This document shows positions 42,743-52,919 of a stretch of 64,000 nucleotides of DNA, piece by piece; the stretch's first letter is position 1; each line of letters opens with the position of its first letter. The notes under the pieces are model-generated. The model had not been told where the DNA came from and did no database searches. It saw only the letters and a program-made list of their open reading frames with translations. The translations under genes and the position numbers were made by a program. This DNA is from Nitrospirae bacterium UBA2233 (GTDB lineage Bacteria; UBA2233): assembly GCA_002347965.1 (NCBI GenBank), contig DDYN01000039.1, positions 1,797 through 65,796 on the forward strand. Reading direction: 5' to 3'.

Positions 42743-42993
42743 GGTTCCTCACTTTCCACGCGGCACTCTACATCTTCGAGCAATGGGTTGGAAAAGAACG
42801 TTTTCCCTAATTCTTCGAAACGCTCCCTTCTCTCGGCCTCGAAGAGGTCTCCCTCTATCTCGAGCACGACCCTTTTGCCTACGTGAACCCTGGACACCCC
42901 GGGTACACCGATCCTGGCGAGAATCCGCTGAAGGGCCTCTCCTTGAGGGTCGTGGAGGTCAGGCTTGGGGGTTATGTTGTAGAAGAGCTTCAC
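42739..42993 (-). CDS. purS: FGAM synthase subunit PurS
   Basis: DPQG, VGK and NP motifs; lies between purC and purQ. Confidence 0.92.
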   Translation of the reverse strand: MKLFYNITPKPDLHDPQGEALQRILARIGVPGVSRVHVGKRVVLEIEGDLFEAERRERFEELGKTFFSNPLLEDVECRVESEEP

Positions 42994-43718
42994 AGCGAAA
43001 CTTCCTCGGGAAAATCCGGGAACAGCCGGTTCACGACCTCAAGGTAAGCCTCTTCGACCTTTCCTAAGTCCCTACGAAAACGGTCCTTGTCGAGCTTTTC
43101 GAGCGTTGTCGCATCCCATAACCTGCAACCATCCGGGGTAATTTCATCAGCCAATAGAATTTGTCCATCTGCACGGCCAAACTCGAGCTTAAAATCCACG
43201 AGTAGGATGCTCGCCTTCTGGAACATCTCCAAAAGTAGTTCGTTGACGATCAGCGCCTTCTCTTTGATGGCTTCAAACTCGTCTTCGGTCGCAAGCCCAT
43301 CGGCCAGAATAAAATCCTCCGAGATCATCGGGTCGTCCAGCGAGTCGCTTTTAAAGAAGTATTCCCTCACGGGCTTCCTGAGCGGTGCCCCCTCTTCCCG
43401 CCCCATCCGTTTGGCAAGCGAGCCCGCAACGCGGTTCCTGACGACCACCTCGACGGGGACGATTTCGACCTTCTTCACCATCAACTCCCTGTCGGAGACT
43501 CGCTCCAAAAAATGCGTAGGGATTCCACGGCCTTCGAGGTAGCTAAAGACCTTGGCGGTTATGTAGGCGTTGATAGTACCCTTATTCGCGATAACGCCCC
43601 GCTTCTTCGCGTTGAACGCGGTTGCATCGTCTCGAAAGTAAAGAATAAGCCGGTCTGGCATGTCTGTTTCGTGAACAACCTTTGCTTTTCCGGTGTAAAG
43701 AGCTCGTCCTTTTTGCAT
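42990..43718 (-). CDS. purC: SAICAR synthetase
   Basis: GKAK, DDATAFN, PVEVVVRN, DFKLEFG, ADEITPD and DKDRFR motifs. Confidence 0.97.
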   Translation of the reverse strand: MQKGRALYTGKAKVVHETDMPDRLILYFRDDATAFNAKKRGVIANKGTINAYITAKVFSYLEGRGIPTHFLERVSDRELMVKKVEIVPVEVVVRNRVAGSLAKRMGREEGAPLRKPVREYFFKSDSLDDPMISEDFILADGLATEDEFEAIKEKALIVNELLLEMFQKASILLVDFKLEFGRADGQILLADEITPDGCRLWDATTLEKLDKDRFRRDLGKVEEAYLEVVNRLFPDFPEEVSL

Positions 43719-43745
43719 GGCTTCCACCTCGCATTGATAAAAAGG

Positions 43746-45050
43746 CTAATCTTTAGTAGAAGGGCCCAAACAACGCTCATAAACGGTATCTACGTGCTTA
43801 AGGTACGGCTCCCAAGAAAAGAGCCCCTCAAGCTCCTTGTCGGAAAGCACCTCGCGCACGTTTTGATCTTGTGCGATGCGCTCCTTGAAGGAGCCGCCGT
43901 TTGAAAACGCATCGAGAGCCGCCTTCTGTACGGCCTCGTAGGCTTTTGTCCTCGTCATACCCCTTTCGGTCAACGCAAGGAGGATGCGCTGGGAATAGAC
44001 CATCCCCCCCAAGGCCTCAAGGTTGTGCAGCATCTTGCCCTTATGAACGACAAGCCCATCTAGAATGAACACAAGCCGGTAGAGCATAAAATCGGCCAGG
44101 ACGAGAGCATCCTCGCCGATCACACGTTCGACACTCGAGTGCGAGATGTCCCTCTCGTGCCAAAGAACGACATCCTCCAAGGCTGGGCCTACGTAGCTTC
44201 GCATGAGCCTTGCCAGACCACAAAGGTTTTCGCACAGGATAGGGTTCTTCTTGTGCGGCATGGCCGAAGAGCCGCGTTGGCCTCTTGCGAAGGGCTCTTC
44301 AACCTCTAGCACCTCCGTGCGCTGAAGGTGACGGATCTCGAGCACGATACGCTCGATCCCCGCGGCAAGCAAGGCCAACTGGAGAAACAAATGCGCATGC
44401 CGGTCCCGTGGGACGACTTGCGTCGATAGGGGCTCTGGCTTTAGGCCTACCTTCTTGAGCGCGCGTGCTTCAACCTCGGGAGGAAGGTGGGCATACGTCC
44501 CGACCGCTCCAGAGATCTTTCCGTAGGCAAGCTGCTCCCTGGCCTCTTCAAGCCTTCCAATGTTGCGCTCTAGCTCTTTGTACCAAGACAGCACCTTAAG
44601 CCCGAAGCTGTAGGGCTCTGCATGAACCCCGTGGGTCCTGCCAACCATGACCGTGTCTTTATGTTCGAGCGCAAGACGCCTTAAAGAATCGAACGCTCTC
44701 TTTGCCCCGCAAAGGACAAGGTCGAGCGCATCGAGCAACTGGCATGCAAACGCTGAGTCAACCACGTCCGAGGATGTCATGCCGTAATGGAGTAAGTGCC
44801 CGTGCATTGGCATGCGTGCCGCGGCGTATTCGATAAAAGCGATGAGATCGTGGCCGCGCTCTTTTTCTATCTCAAGAATCTCTTGGACGTCGATTAAAAC
44901 TGCCCTTAGCTCAGACGCTGCTCCGTCAGGGACTATCCCTAACTCTTCCATTGCCTCAAGGGATGCCGCCTCGATGCGCTGCCAGTAGGCATAGCGAGAG
45001 GAAAGCGAGAAAATTCCGCTTGCTTCTTTCCGTGCGTACCTTTCAATCAT
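43746..45050 (-). CDS. purB: Adenylosuccinate lyase
   Basis: MIERY, GRTHGVHAEP, GSSAMPHKKNP and WHERDISHSS motifs. Confidence 0.97.
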   Translation of the reverse strand: MIERYARKEASGIFSLSSRYAYWQRIEAASLEAMEELGIVPDGAASELRAVLIDVQEILEIEKERGHDLIAFIEYAAARMPMHGHLLHYGMTSSDVVDSAFACQLLDALDLVLCGAKRAFDSLRRLALEHKDTVMVGRTHGVHAEPYSFGLKVLSWYKELERNIGRLEEAREQLAYGKISGAVGTYAHLPPEVEARALKKVGLKPEPLSTQVVPRDRHAHLFLQLALLAAGIERIVLEIRHLQRTEVLEVEEPFARGQRGSSAMPHKKNPILCENLCGLARLMRSYVGPALEDVVLWHERDISHSSVERVIGEDALVLADFMLYRLVFILDGLVVHKGKMLHNLEALGGMVYSQRILLALTERGMTRTKAYEAVQKAALDAFSNGGSFKERIAQDQNVREVLSDKELEGLFSWEPYLKHVDTVYERCLGPSTKD

Positions 45051-45148
45051 GCCTGCCCCTTGGCCATGAACGTGCCATTTTTACAAAAAACACCTGCAAC
45101 AAAAACACCAAGACAAAGCGGTAGATGGGCCTGGTTTTCCGCGTTCAT
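45047..45148 (-). CDS. Candidate 33-aa small ORF coupled to purB
   Basis: SD AAGGAG, 5 nt, ATG; MNAENQAHLPLCLGVFVAGVFCKNGTFMAKGQA*; the stop overlaps the purB start (ATGA). Confidence 0.3.
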   Translation of the reverse strand: MNAENQAHLPLCLGVFVAGVFCKNGTFMAKGQA

Positions 45149-45207
45149 TCCTGCTCCTTCAAGACCCTAGAGAGGCTATGGCCTAAAAACCAGCGCCTCT
45201 TCGACCG

Positions 45208-46326
45208 TTAGACGGGCTTGTAGGATAGGACGGTTCGAATGGAACGGCCTTGGTGCAGCATGTCGAACGCTTCGTTTATCTTCTCGATGGGAAGCTCATG
45301 CGTTACGAGTTCATCCACAAGAATTTTGCCGGACATATACCAGTCGACAATCTTTGGGACATCCGTCCTCCCCCTTGCCCCCCCAAAGGCCGAGCCCTTC
45401 CATGTCCTCCCCGTCACAAGCATGAAAGGCCTGGTTGAAATTTCCTCGCCCGCACCGGCAACCCCGATAACGATGGATGCCCCCCATCCTTTGTGGCAGC
45501 AGCCGAGTGCTTGAGCCATAACCTTTACGTTTCCGATGCATTCAAAGCTGAAATCCGCCCCGCCCTTCGTAAGATGGATCAGGTACTGGACGAGGTCTTT
45601 TCCCAAATCGGAGGGATTCACAAAGTCTGTCATGCCGAAGCGTTCGGCAATCTCCTTTTTGGCCGGGTTTATGTCCACGCCCACGATTTGCTCCGCCCCA
45701 CAAAGCCTTGCCCCTTGAATAACGTTAAGGCCAATACAGCCAAGCCCGAAGACGACGACCCGGTCGCCGGGGCGAACCTTGGCCGTGAATACCGCAGCTC
45801 CTACGCCCGTAGTTACGCCACAGCCGATTAGGCAGATTTTATCGAAAGGGGCATCCTCGCGTACCTTTGCCACCGAGATCTCGGGCAGGACGATGAAATT
45901 CGCGAACGTCGAGGTTCCCATGTAATGGTAGATTGGCTTGCCCGATAAGGAAAAACGCGAAGTTCCGTCGGGCATGAGGCCCTTGCCCTGCGTTTCTCTT
46001 ATCGCTTGACAGAGGTTTGTCTTTTGAGAAAGGCAGTATTCGCACTCCCTGCACTCAGGCGTATACAAAGGAATCACATGATCATCCCTTTTTACGCTCC
46101 TCACGCCTTTGCCTACCTCAACAACAACACCGGCGCCCTCATGGCCTAGAATGGAAGGAAACACCCCTTCGGGGTCCTTGCCGGAGAGCGTATAGGCGTC
46201 GGTATGGCATACGCCCGTTGCCTTGACCTCGATAAGCACCTCCCCTTCTTTGGGGCCTTCCAACTCCACCGTCTCGATTTGTAGGGGCTTGTTTGGCTCG
46301 TGGGCGACCGCAGCCTTTACGCGCAT
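45208..46326 (-). CDS. frmA: S-(hydroxymethyl)glutathione dehydrogenase / class III alcohol dehydrogenase
   Basis: [19 protein letters not shown], structural zinc CRECEYC...NLC, CCHKGWG and STRPF.LVTGR motifs. Confidence 0.93.
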   Translation of the reverse strand: MRVKAAVAHEPNKPLQIETVELEGPKEGEVLIEVKATGVCHTDAYTLSGKDPEGVFPSILGHEGAGVVVEVGKGVRSVKRDDHVIPLYTPECRECEYCLSQKTNLCQAIRETQGKGLMPDGTSRFSLSGKPIYHYMGTSTFANFIVLPEISVAKVREDAPFDKICLIGCGVTTGVGAAVFTAKVRPGDRVVVFGLGCIGLNVIQGARLCGAEQIVGVDINPAKKEIAERFGMTDFVNPSDLGKDLVQYLIHLTKGGADFSFECIGNVKVMAQALGCCHKGWGASIVIGVAGAGEEISTRPFMLVTGRTWKGSAFGGARGRTDVPKIVDWYMSGKILVDELVTHELPIEKINEAFDMLHQGRSIRTVLSYKPV

Positions 46327-46339
46327 CGAGTAACCTCCG

Positions 46340-47494
46340 TTAAAAGAAGCTCGCAAGAACTTCGTTGGAGACAAGGTATCCTTTGGGGGTGAACCTCAGC
46401 CGCTTTTTAGATAGTTCGAGCACTCCGGCACTCATAAAACGCTCGAGTACTCCGGCGTGCTCCTTAAGAATATCCCAACCGTACAAGAAAAAAAAGGACT
46501 CAAGGTCTACTCCTTCCGTCTTGCGCATCCCCATCATGAACGCTTCTTTTCGGCGATCCTCCAGGCTCATTCGGATTGATCCAGCCCTCGCGTTTCTTTT
46601 CGTACCCACTGCCCCAAGGTAAGCAATGGGACCCGTTACGTTCCAAAACCGCTCCTCGATGGTGTAAGAATGGGCGCTTGAGCCAAACCCGATGTAGGGC
46701 TCATCCGAGAAGTATTTTAGGTTGTGGCGGCTGGCATACCCAGGAAGGCAAAAGTTGGAGATTTCGTAGTGCACGTAGCCTTGGAGGCTTGCACGCTCGA
46801 GAAGCCTTTCGTACATTTTCGCCGTAACGCGCTCTTTGGGGAACAAGGCGGAGACCCGCTCTTTAGACCACGCCGCCCCTTCGTGGACATCCAGAATATA
46901 GGCCGAAAAATGCTCTGGCTTTAGGGCAAAAAGGACGTTTAGGGTCTCTTCCCATCGTTGCAAGGTTTGGTGAGGAAGCCCAAGAATGAGGTCTATGCCG
47001 ATATTCCTAAAGCCAGCCTTCCGTAATAGAGCAAGCGCCTTGAGGGTATCCTTTGCGTTGTGCCTTCTACCCATGAAGCTCAGCTCATCGTCATGAAACG
47101 ACTGCGCTCCAACGCTGACCCGGTTGATGCCTGCCCCGGCCCAAGCATCGGCCGCTGCGGGAGTGATCGTTTCCGGGTTGGCCTCGAGGGTTATTTCGCA
47201 GGCATCGACCGTGAAACGCTCCCTTATGGTCCTCAAGATTTTTCCAAGCTCAGGAGGGGCGAGGAGCGACGGTGTCCCTCCCCCGAAATACACCGTGTTG
47301 ACCTTAACCCTTTTCGAGTTGCCTATTTCGACGCAGAGGCCTTCCACGTAGCGCGCTCGAACATCTTCTGGAAATGGCGCCGAATCAAAATCGCAATAGG
47401 CGCATTTTGAGAGGCAAAAGGGAATATGGATATAAAGGCCTGCGGGGGTTTCTCGCGGGCATCCCTGAATGTTTGGCAGCTTTCGTTTTTCCAT
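46340..47494 (-). CDS. hemW: Radical SAM heme chaperone HemW (HemN-like)
   Basis: [32 protein letters not shown] and HNLKY motifs. Confidence 0.88.
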   Translation of the reverse strand: MEKRKLPNIQGCPRETPAGLYIHIPFCLSKCAYCDFDSAPFPEDVRARYVEGLCVEIGNSKRVKVNTVYFGGGTPSLLAPPELGKILRTIRERFTVDACEITLEANPETITPAAADAWAGAGINRVSVGAQSFHDDELSFMGRRHNAKDTLKALALLRKAGFRNIGIDLILGLPHQTLQRWEETLNVLFALKPEHFSAYILDVHEGAAWSKERVSALFPKERVTAKMYERLLERASLQGYVHYEISNFCLPGYASRHNLKYFSDEPYIGFGSSAHSYTIEERFWNVTGPIAYLGAVGTKRNARAGSIRMSLEDRRKEAFMMGMRKTEGVDLESFFFLYGWDILKEHAGVLERFMSAGVLELSKKRLRFTPKGYLVSNEVLASFF

Positions 47495-47619
47495 AGTCAC
47501 GATAGCACCGGTGCCGACAAACACCTAGGCTTTGAGCTTGGCCTTTTCTACGTACATGATAAAATCAAGGGTATGAAGCTTGAACGCCATACCGACACAA
47601 AGAGGAAAGAAAAGAGCAG

Positions 47620-48192
47620 ATGAGGGTTCAGAGTTCGTTCGATAGCCTGATAGACCTTGCCAGGCATCACAAGCAAACGTTTGGCCGTCAGGTGAACGCC
47701 GAAATCTACAGACCAACGGAAAACCAGATCCTTGCCGTTGTAAGGATGCACGACGACTACCATGACATGCGCCTTGCCATGCTCATAGGCGCCAAATCGC
47801 TCACAATCGAGGGGATCGACGCCCGAATGGACCGTATTCCTTACCCTATCTGCGAACAAGCGATCGCCTCGCTTGAGTCTATCAAGGGATTGTACATCTT
47901 CAAGCGAGGCATTCTTAAAGAGATCAAAACGTTGATCCCGCGGGCCTACGGCTGTACCCATCTAGGCGAGCTTATCGAGGCGGGCCTACGTTCGCTGTTT
48001 GCGGAGATAGAGCCTTCCATGCTTCAAGAATACAAAGAACAAATCTCGTCCCTCTCCTTAGAGGAAAAGCGCCACCTGTTTATGCGGCACGAAACATTGC
48101 AGAATACCTGCGTAGCATTCAGCACCGACAACCAAGACCCAAACATAGCAAGCTCCGCAGGGAAGGCCTTAGAGGTATTGCTCAAGAAATAA
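47620..48192 (+). CDS. DUF2889-family protein
   Basis: DDYHDM...MDRIPYPIC...GCTHL..L and a C-terminal NTC. Confidence 0.75.
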   Translation: MRVQSSFDSLIDLARHHKQTFGRQVNAEIYRPTENQILAVVRMHDDYHDMRLAMLIGAKSLTIEGIDARMDRIPYPICEQAIASLESIKGLYIFKRGILKEIKTLIPRAYGCTHLGELIEAGLRSLFAEIEPSMLQEYKEQISSLSLEEKRHLFMRHETLQNTCVAFSTDNQDPNIASSAGKALEVLLKK

Positions 48193-48200
48193 TTAAGGGG

Positions 48201-49211
48201 TTACGACGAGTCTGAGGTAGAAACTCTAAGCTCCAAAAGAACCTCTTCCATTAACCCCTCGAGAAGCCCCGCGTCGGACACGACAATCCCGGGCTTTCGG
48301 AATGCCTTGACGGCCTCGATCACGAGCAGAGCGCCAGCGACAATCACGTCCTCCCTGCCAGGTTTGAGACCTCGGATCGCAAGACGATCTTTTGAGGGAA
48401 GCCTGATAAGCTGCTCAAAGACGGTCTCCAGCCTTTGCTCGGTCAGGATATAATTCTGGATCAACAGGGGGTTGTAATCCGCCAAGGCCATGTCGATCTG
48501 GGCGAGCGTAGTGAGCGTACCCGCCGTTCCGATGAGCTGTCCTTTTTTCTTCAAGCCTCCGGTACACCCCGAGGAATAGAGAATCGCTTGAAGGCGGTTT
48601 AGGTGCTCTTGAAGATACTCGCGGAGCCCTTGGATGTCTTGGGGCGTGGGAGGGTCAAAAATTAAGAAGCGCTCCCGCAACAAAACACTTCCGAGCTCCA
48701 GACTTACCATAAACGTGGGCTTCAAGGGGGTTTCGGCGTAGATAAACTCCACGCTAAACCCGCCCACGTCGAGGATCAGGATCGGGTAGCTAATCGGGCT
48801 GCTCGTTGTCGATATGACCCCTTCGTACGTAAGAAGCGCCTCCTTCTTGGGGTCAATGATTTCAAGCGCAATGCTGGCTTCTTGCTTAGCGCGCTCGACA
48901 AAGTCCTGCCGGTTGACCGCACGCCTTAAAACACCCGTTCCCACGGCTTTATAATGGACTACCCCGAGCTCATCCATGACGACCCGGAATTGCTTAAGGG
49001 CGTCGATGGAGCGTTCCATCGCTTCCTTGGTTAGCCCGAAAGAAGGGCTAAACCCGCCGGAAAGCCTCGTGATGACCTGCCGAGAAGCAAGCCTTTTGGG
49101 CCTGACGATACCTTCCAGCGGAACTTCGCACACCAAGATACGAAATGCGTTGGAGCCAACGTCCAGCGCGGCAACAATCTGCTTCGAAGACTCAGAAAGT
49201 TCTGTCTTCAC
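48201..49211 (-). CDS. ppx: Ppx/GppA family phosphatase (short form, no HD domain)
   Basis: DVGSNAFR, EALL, DVGG, GTAGT, REDVI and GLLEG motifs; probable GTG start at 49211. Confidence 0.88.
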   Translation of the reverse strand: MKTELSESSKQIVAALDVGSNAFRILVCEVPLEGIVRPKRLASRQVITRLSGGFSPSFGLTKEAMERSIDALKQFRVVMDELGVVHYKAVGTGVLRRAVNRQDFVERAKQEASIALEIIDPKKEALLTYEGVISTTSSPISYPILILDVGGFSVEFIYAETPLKPTFMVSLELGSVLLRERFLIFDPPTPQDIQGLREYLQEHLNRLQAILYSSGCTGGLKKKGQLIGTAGTLTTLAQIDMALADYNPLLIQNYILTEQRLETVFEQLIRLPSKDRLAIRGLKPGREDVIVAGALLVIEAVKAFRKPGIVVSDAGLLEGLMEEVLLELRVSTSDSS

Positions 49212-49304
49212 CGTAGCTCCCTGAAGGCAATGCCCAAAACTCTTCCATACTAGCAAGGCTTTGACGAGGAATCAAGGAAGCGGCCGTCGTATTGCCAGGC
49301 CCGC

Positions 49305-50426
49305 ATGCTTCGATTAGAATACCAATATTCAGTCGAGCCAACCAAAAAAAGAAAGCCGATAAATCTCGTGACTCCTCCAAGCGTCTCTGGCGCCACCTCC
49401 GCATGGAAGTGCAAACCTTCCGACCCAAAAAAGCCTGTCCCGTGTGTAGACATCATCGTCGAACGCGCTGGCGATGTGCTCTTGATCGAGCGCGCCAATC
49501 CCCCCTACGGATACGCCCTACCGGGCGGGTTCGTTGATTACGGGGAAAGCCTCGAGCAAGCGGCGGCCAGGGAGCTTGAAGAGGAAACGGGCCTTCAAGC
49601 CGTCTGGATGGAGCAGTTCAAGGCCTATTCAGACCCAAAACGAGACCCGAGGTTTCATACGCTCTCCGTCGTGTTCCTAGCACAAACCAAAGGAAACCCC
49701 AAAGCGCAAGATGACGCCAAGGCGCTCGGCTTCTATTCGCTTCATTCCCTGCCTACGCTGTGTTTCGACCACGGCCAGATTCTGGGCGATTACATAGAGG
49801 CCAAAAACAGGGGTCTGCTCAAAGCATTCCAAGAGCGTCAGGTTACGAGGCTTTCCGAAATGCCGAACAGCGCCAGGGAATACCTTATTTCCCTCGCAAA
49901 ACAAGCAATTTCCCATGCATTACGCCATGGAACCTCGAAGCAGCCTGTAGCGATCGATCTTCCTGATGAAGCGCTCCTCTATGTACAGCCTTGCGGCGTA
50001 TTCGTTAGCCTAGAGGTCGACGGAGTACTTCGTGGATGCATTGGATCCTTGGAAAACCCCTCAAAGCCGCTGTACGAGCTAGTCTGGTCTATGGCCATCC
50101 AAGCGGCCTTCTTCGACCCGCGTTTTCAGCCGCTGGATGCCAACGAGTTGCCCAAGCTCACCGTGGAGATTTCTGTCCTTACACCGCCTGTCTCGGTCAA
50201 AGACGTGACCTCTATCGAGATCGGCAAACACGGGCTTATCCTCGAAAACGGCCCCCAAAGAGGCCTGCTGCTCCCTCAGGTGGCGGCAGACCTCCACCTT
50301 GACCCGGTGGGCTTTCTGGAGGTAGTCTCTACTAAGGCAGGCCTCGAAAAAGACGCTTGGAAAGCCTTTGAGACCAAGGTCGCGACGTTCGAAGCCTACA
50401 TTCTTAAAGAAGAGCAGAATTCGTAG
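49305..50426 (+). CDS. Nudix hydrolase fused to an AMMECR1 (AmmeMemoRadiSam A) domain
   Basis: Nudix box [24 protein letters not shown], then [32 protein letters not shown] and KAGL. Start is uncertain. Confidence 0.85.
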   Translation: MLRLEYQYSVEPTKKRKPINLVTPPSVSGATSAWKCKPSDPKKPVPCVDIIVERAGDVLLIERANPPYGYALPGGFVDYGESLEQAAARELEEETGLQAVWMEQFKAYSDPKRDPRFHTLSVVFLAQTKGNPKAQDDAKALGFYSLHSLPTLCFDHGQILGDYIEAKNRGLLKAFQERQVTRLSEMPNSAREYLISLAKQAISHALRHGTSKQPVAIDLPDEALLYVQPCGVFVSLEVDGVLRGCIGSLENPSKPLYELVWSMAIQAAFFDPRFQPLDANELPKLTVEISVLTPPVSVKDVTSIEIGKHGLILENGPQRGLLLPQVAADLHLDPVGFLEVVSTKAGLEKDAWKAFETKVATFEAYILKEEQNS

Positions 50427-51601
50427 AGCCTATCCATCCCCTTTTGAATCTCCTCTTCGCCAGTCGCGTAGGAGAACCTAAGGAACCCTGGCATACCAAA
50501 CGCCTCGCCGGGGACGGCGGCTAGCTTGGCCTCTTCCAAAAGCGCCTCGGCAAGCACCGCGGAAGTCTCAAGGCTTACGCCCTTAGGAGTCTTTCTTCCG
50601 AGCAAGAACCGCATGTCCGGGAAAAGGTAGAATGCCCCGGCCGGCTTAAAGCAGCGAACACCCTCGATCCGCTTCATCCCGGCAAGCATCAAGTCGCGTC
50701 TATCGTGGAATTTGCGGACCATGGGCGAAACGACGTCCTCCTTGAGCGTCAGCGCCTTCAAGGCGGCCTTCTGGGCGATCGAGGTTGGGTTTGATGTCGA
50801 TTGGTCTTGAATCATGTTCATCGCCTTGATCACCTTGGGGTCGCCCATGATGTAGCCTATGCGGAACCCTGTCATTGCAAACGTTTTCGAGACGCCGTCC
50901 ACGACAAACGTGCGCTCGTATAGCTCTAGTCCCAGCGAAGCGATGCTTTCTTGCCGAAACCCGTCGTAGACGATCTCTGCGTAAATTTCGTCGGAAACGA
51001 CAAGGAGGTTTTTCTCGACCACCACCCCCGCGATCGCTTCGAGCTGACGCCTGGATAGTGCGACGCCCGAAGGGTTCGACGGGGAGTTGAGCACGATTGC
51101 CCTCGTTTTTGGGCTGCACGCTTCTTTGAGGGCCTCCGGATCGGGCACAAACCCGCTGGCGATGTCGGTCGGTACGATGACAGGAACGCCGCCGGCAATC
51201 GCAACCTGGTCTTTGTACGTAACCCAGTATGGTGCCGGGATCAAGACCTCGTCGCCCTCTTCGAGTAGCGCCTGAAACAGGTTATAGAGGGCGTGCTTGG
51301 CGCCGCAACACACCAGGGCCTGACTTGGGCTGTATTTAAGCCCTCTTTTCTCCATGATCCAGTTGCAAACGGCCTCCTTGAGTTCTGGAATTCCGCCAGT
51401 GGCCGTATACTTCGTGAAGCCTTCCCGAAGCGCCTGAATGCATGCCTCCTTAATGGGCTCTGGCGTGTCGAAATCCGGCTCGCCCGCGGCAAACCCGACT
51501 ATATCCTCTCCCTTGGCCTTGAGCGCCTTGACCTTGGCAGTCAAGGCGAGCGTAGGGGATGGGGCGATCTTCGACAAGCGCTTGCTAAGAGAAATCTCCA
51601 T
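50396..51601 (-). CDS. PLP-dependent class I/II aminotransferase (aspartate aminotransferase-like)
   Basis: [18 protein letters not shown] and [12 protein letters not shown] motifs; ATG 51601 after SD GGAGG. Confidence 0.93.
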   Translation of the reverse strand: MEISLSKRLSKIAPSPTLALTAKVKALKAKGEDIVGFAAGEPDFDTPEPIKEACIQALREGFTKYTATGGIPELKEAVCNWIMEKRGLKYSPSQALVCCGAKHALYNLFQALLEEGDEVLIPAPYWVTYKDQVAIAGGVPVIVPTDIASGFVPDPEALKEACSPKTRAIVLNSPSNPSGVALSRRQLEAIAGVVVEKNLLVVSDEIYAEIVYDGFRQESIASLGLELYERTFVVDGVSKTFAMTGFRIGYIMGDPKVIKAMNMIQDQSTSNPTSIAQKAALKALTLKEDVVSPMVRKFHDRRDLMLAGMKRIEGVRCFKPAGAFYLFPDMRFLLGRKTPKGVSLETSAVLAEALLEEAKLAAVPGEAFGMPGFLRFSYATGEEEIQKGMDRLYEFCSSLRM

Positions 51602-51615
51602 GGCATACCTCCTTG

Positions 51616-52137
51616 TTACGATGTTTTCTGACGCTCCTTGCGAAACCTCTCTTTCAGCTTCTCTAGCACATAAGGAGGGACAAGCTCTTCGACGCACCCG
51701 CCAAAACGCGCAATCTCTTTGACGCGGGTAGAAGAAATGTAAAGGTTCGCTTCTCCGGTGAACATGAATACGTACTCGAGCGAGGGGTTCAGCTTTCGGT
51801 TCATCATGGCCATTTCGAGCTCGTGTTCAAAATCAGAAATGACCCGTAAACCTCGAATGATCACCTTCACGCCATACCTTTGGGCATAATCGACAAGAAG
51901 GCCGTTGAACGAGTCCGTTTCGACGTTATTCAAGCAGGCATCTTTGATGCTTCGACCTATATGATCGAGCCTTTCTGCCACGCTAAACAGGTAGCGCTTT
52001 TCAGGGTTGCATGCTACGGATACTATCACCTTCTCGAAGATTTTTGCCGCTCGAACGAGCAAGTCAAGATGCCCGTTTGTGAACGGGTCGAAAGAGCCTG
52101 GGTACAGGGCCACCCTACTCATGGCCGGCGCAGACAT
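51616..52137 (-). CDS. coaD: Phosphopantetheine adenylyltransferase
   Basis: YPGSFDPFTNGH, IRGLR and ISST motifs. Confidence 0.96.
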   Translation of the reverse strand: MSAPAMSRVALYPGSFDPFTNGHLDLLVRAAKIFEKVIVSVACNPEKRYLFSVAERLDHIGRSIKDACLNNVETDSFNGLLVDYAQRYGVKVIIRGLRVISDFEHELEMAMMNRKLNPSLEYVFMFTGEANLYISSTRVKEIARFGGCVEELVPPYVLEKLKERFRKERQKTS

Positions 52138-52702
52138 CGCTTCCCTCCCGCTGTTCGAGGAATAAGAGCCTCGATTCTCCATAGCTTTTATCTTTGGCCA
52201 ACCAAACTTGGTCTTGAAAGGCATCAACGAGCTTCTTCGGCCAATCCTCTTTTTTATGGAAGCGTACAATCAACAGCCTCCAAAGTCCAGGGGCCTCCAG
52301 AAGAGCCTCCATGATCCTAGGCCCCGCCTCCGAGAAAAAAGGAGGGTCCAGGAAAACAATATCTACGCCCCTTAGCCTGCCTAAACACTGGATGCCCTTT
52401 TGGGCATCCATGGGCCATACCTCCGCAAAGCCCGTAAGCCCCAGGCTCTCTAGGTTCTTCGTGATGAGATCGGCCATTTTCTTGGATTTTTCCAAGAAGA
52501 CCACGAAAACCGCCCCCCTGCTTAACGCCTCGAGGCCAAACGTGCCCGTCCCTGCGCAAACATCGGCCACCTTAGCACCTTCGACCCTAGCCCCTAAGAT
52601 CGAGAACACAGCCTCCCTGATAACGGCCATAAGGGGCCTGGCCTCATCTCCTTTAGGGCCGGAGAACCGCCGTGTTCGAAGCCGCCCACCTTGGATTCGC
52701 AC
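52115..52702 (-). CDS. rsmD: 16S rRNA m2G966 methyltransferase
   Basis: RIQGG, CAGTG, EALSRGA, FLDPPF and YG motifs; upstream of coaD; GTG start at 52702. Confidence 0.9.
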   Translation of the reverse strand: MRIQGGRLRTRRFSGPKGDEARPLMAVIREAVFSILGARVEGAKVADVCAGTGTFGLEALSRGAVFVVFLEKSKKMADLITKNLESLGLTGFAEVWPMDAQKGIQCLGRLRGVDIVFLDPPFFSEAGPRIMEALLEAPGLWRLLIVRFHKKEDWPKKLVDAFQDQVWLAKDKSYGESRLLFLEQREGSDVCAGHE

Positions 52703-52919
52703 GGTTTTCCCCTCGATAGCGGTTTTATCCTGGATACGTTCGACAACTACCAAAAAAATCATAGCATACAACGGCTTGCCCTCGACAAACGCCTATTTAG
52801 CGGGGTTTTTTATGCTTGAACCTTGACGTGCCCCGATTAGCTGTACCATACTGCCTCGAAATACCTTTTCTCGTTTTCTTCGGCTTCAGGGTGGATACAG
52901 CAAGAAAGGGGGGAATACC

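Noticed and set aside
45061..45077. Sigma54-like TGGCAC-N5-TGGC upstream of purB
   Set aside because: The -12 element is imperfect and too close to the start codon to leave a leader with an SD.
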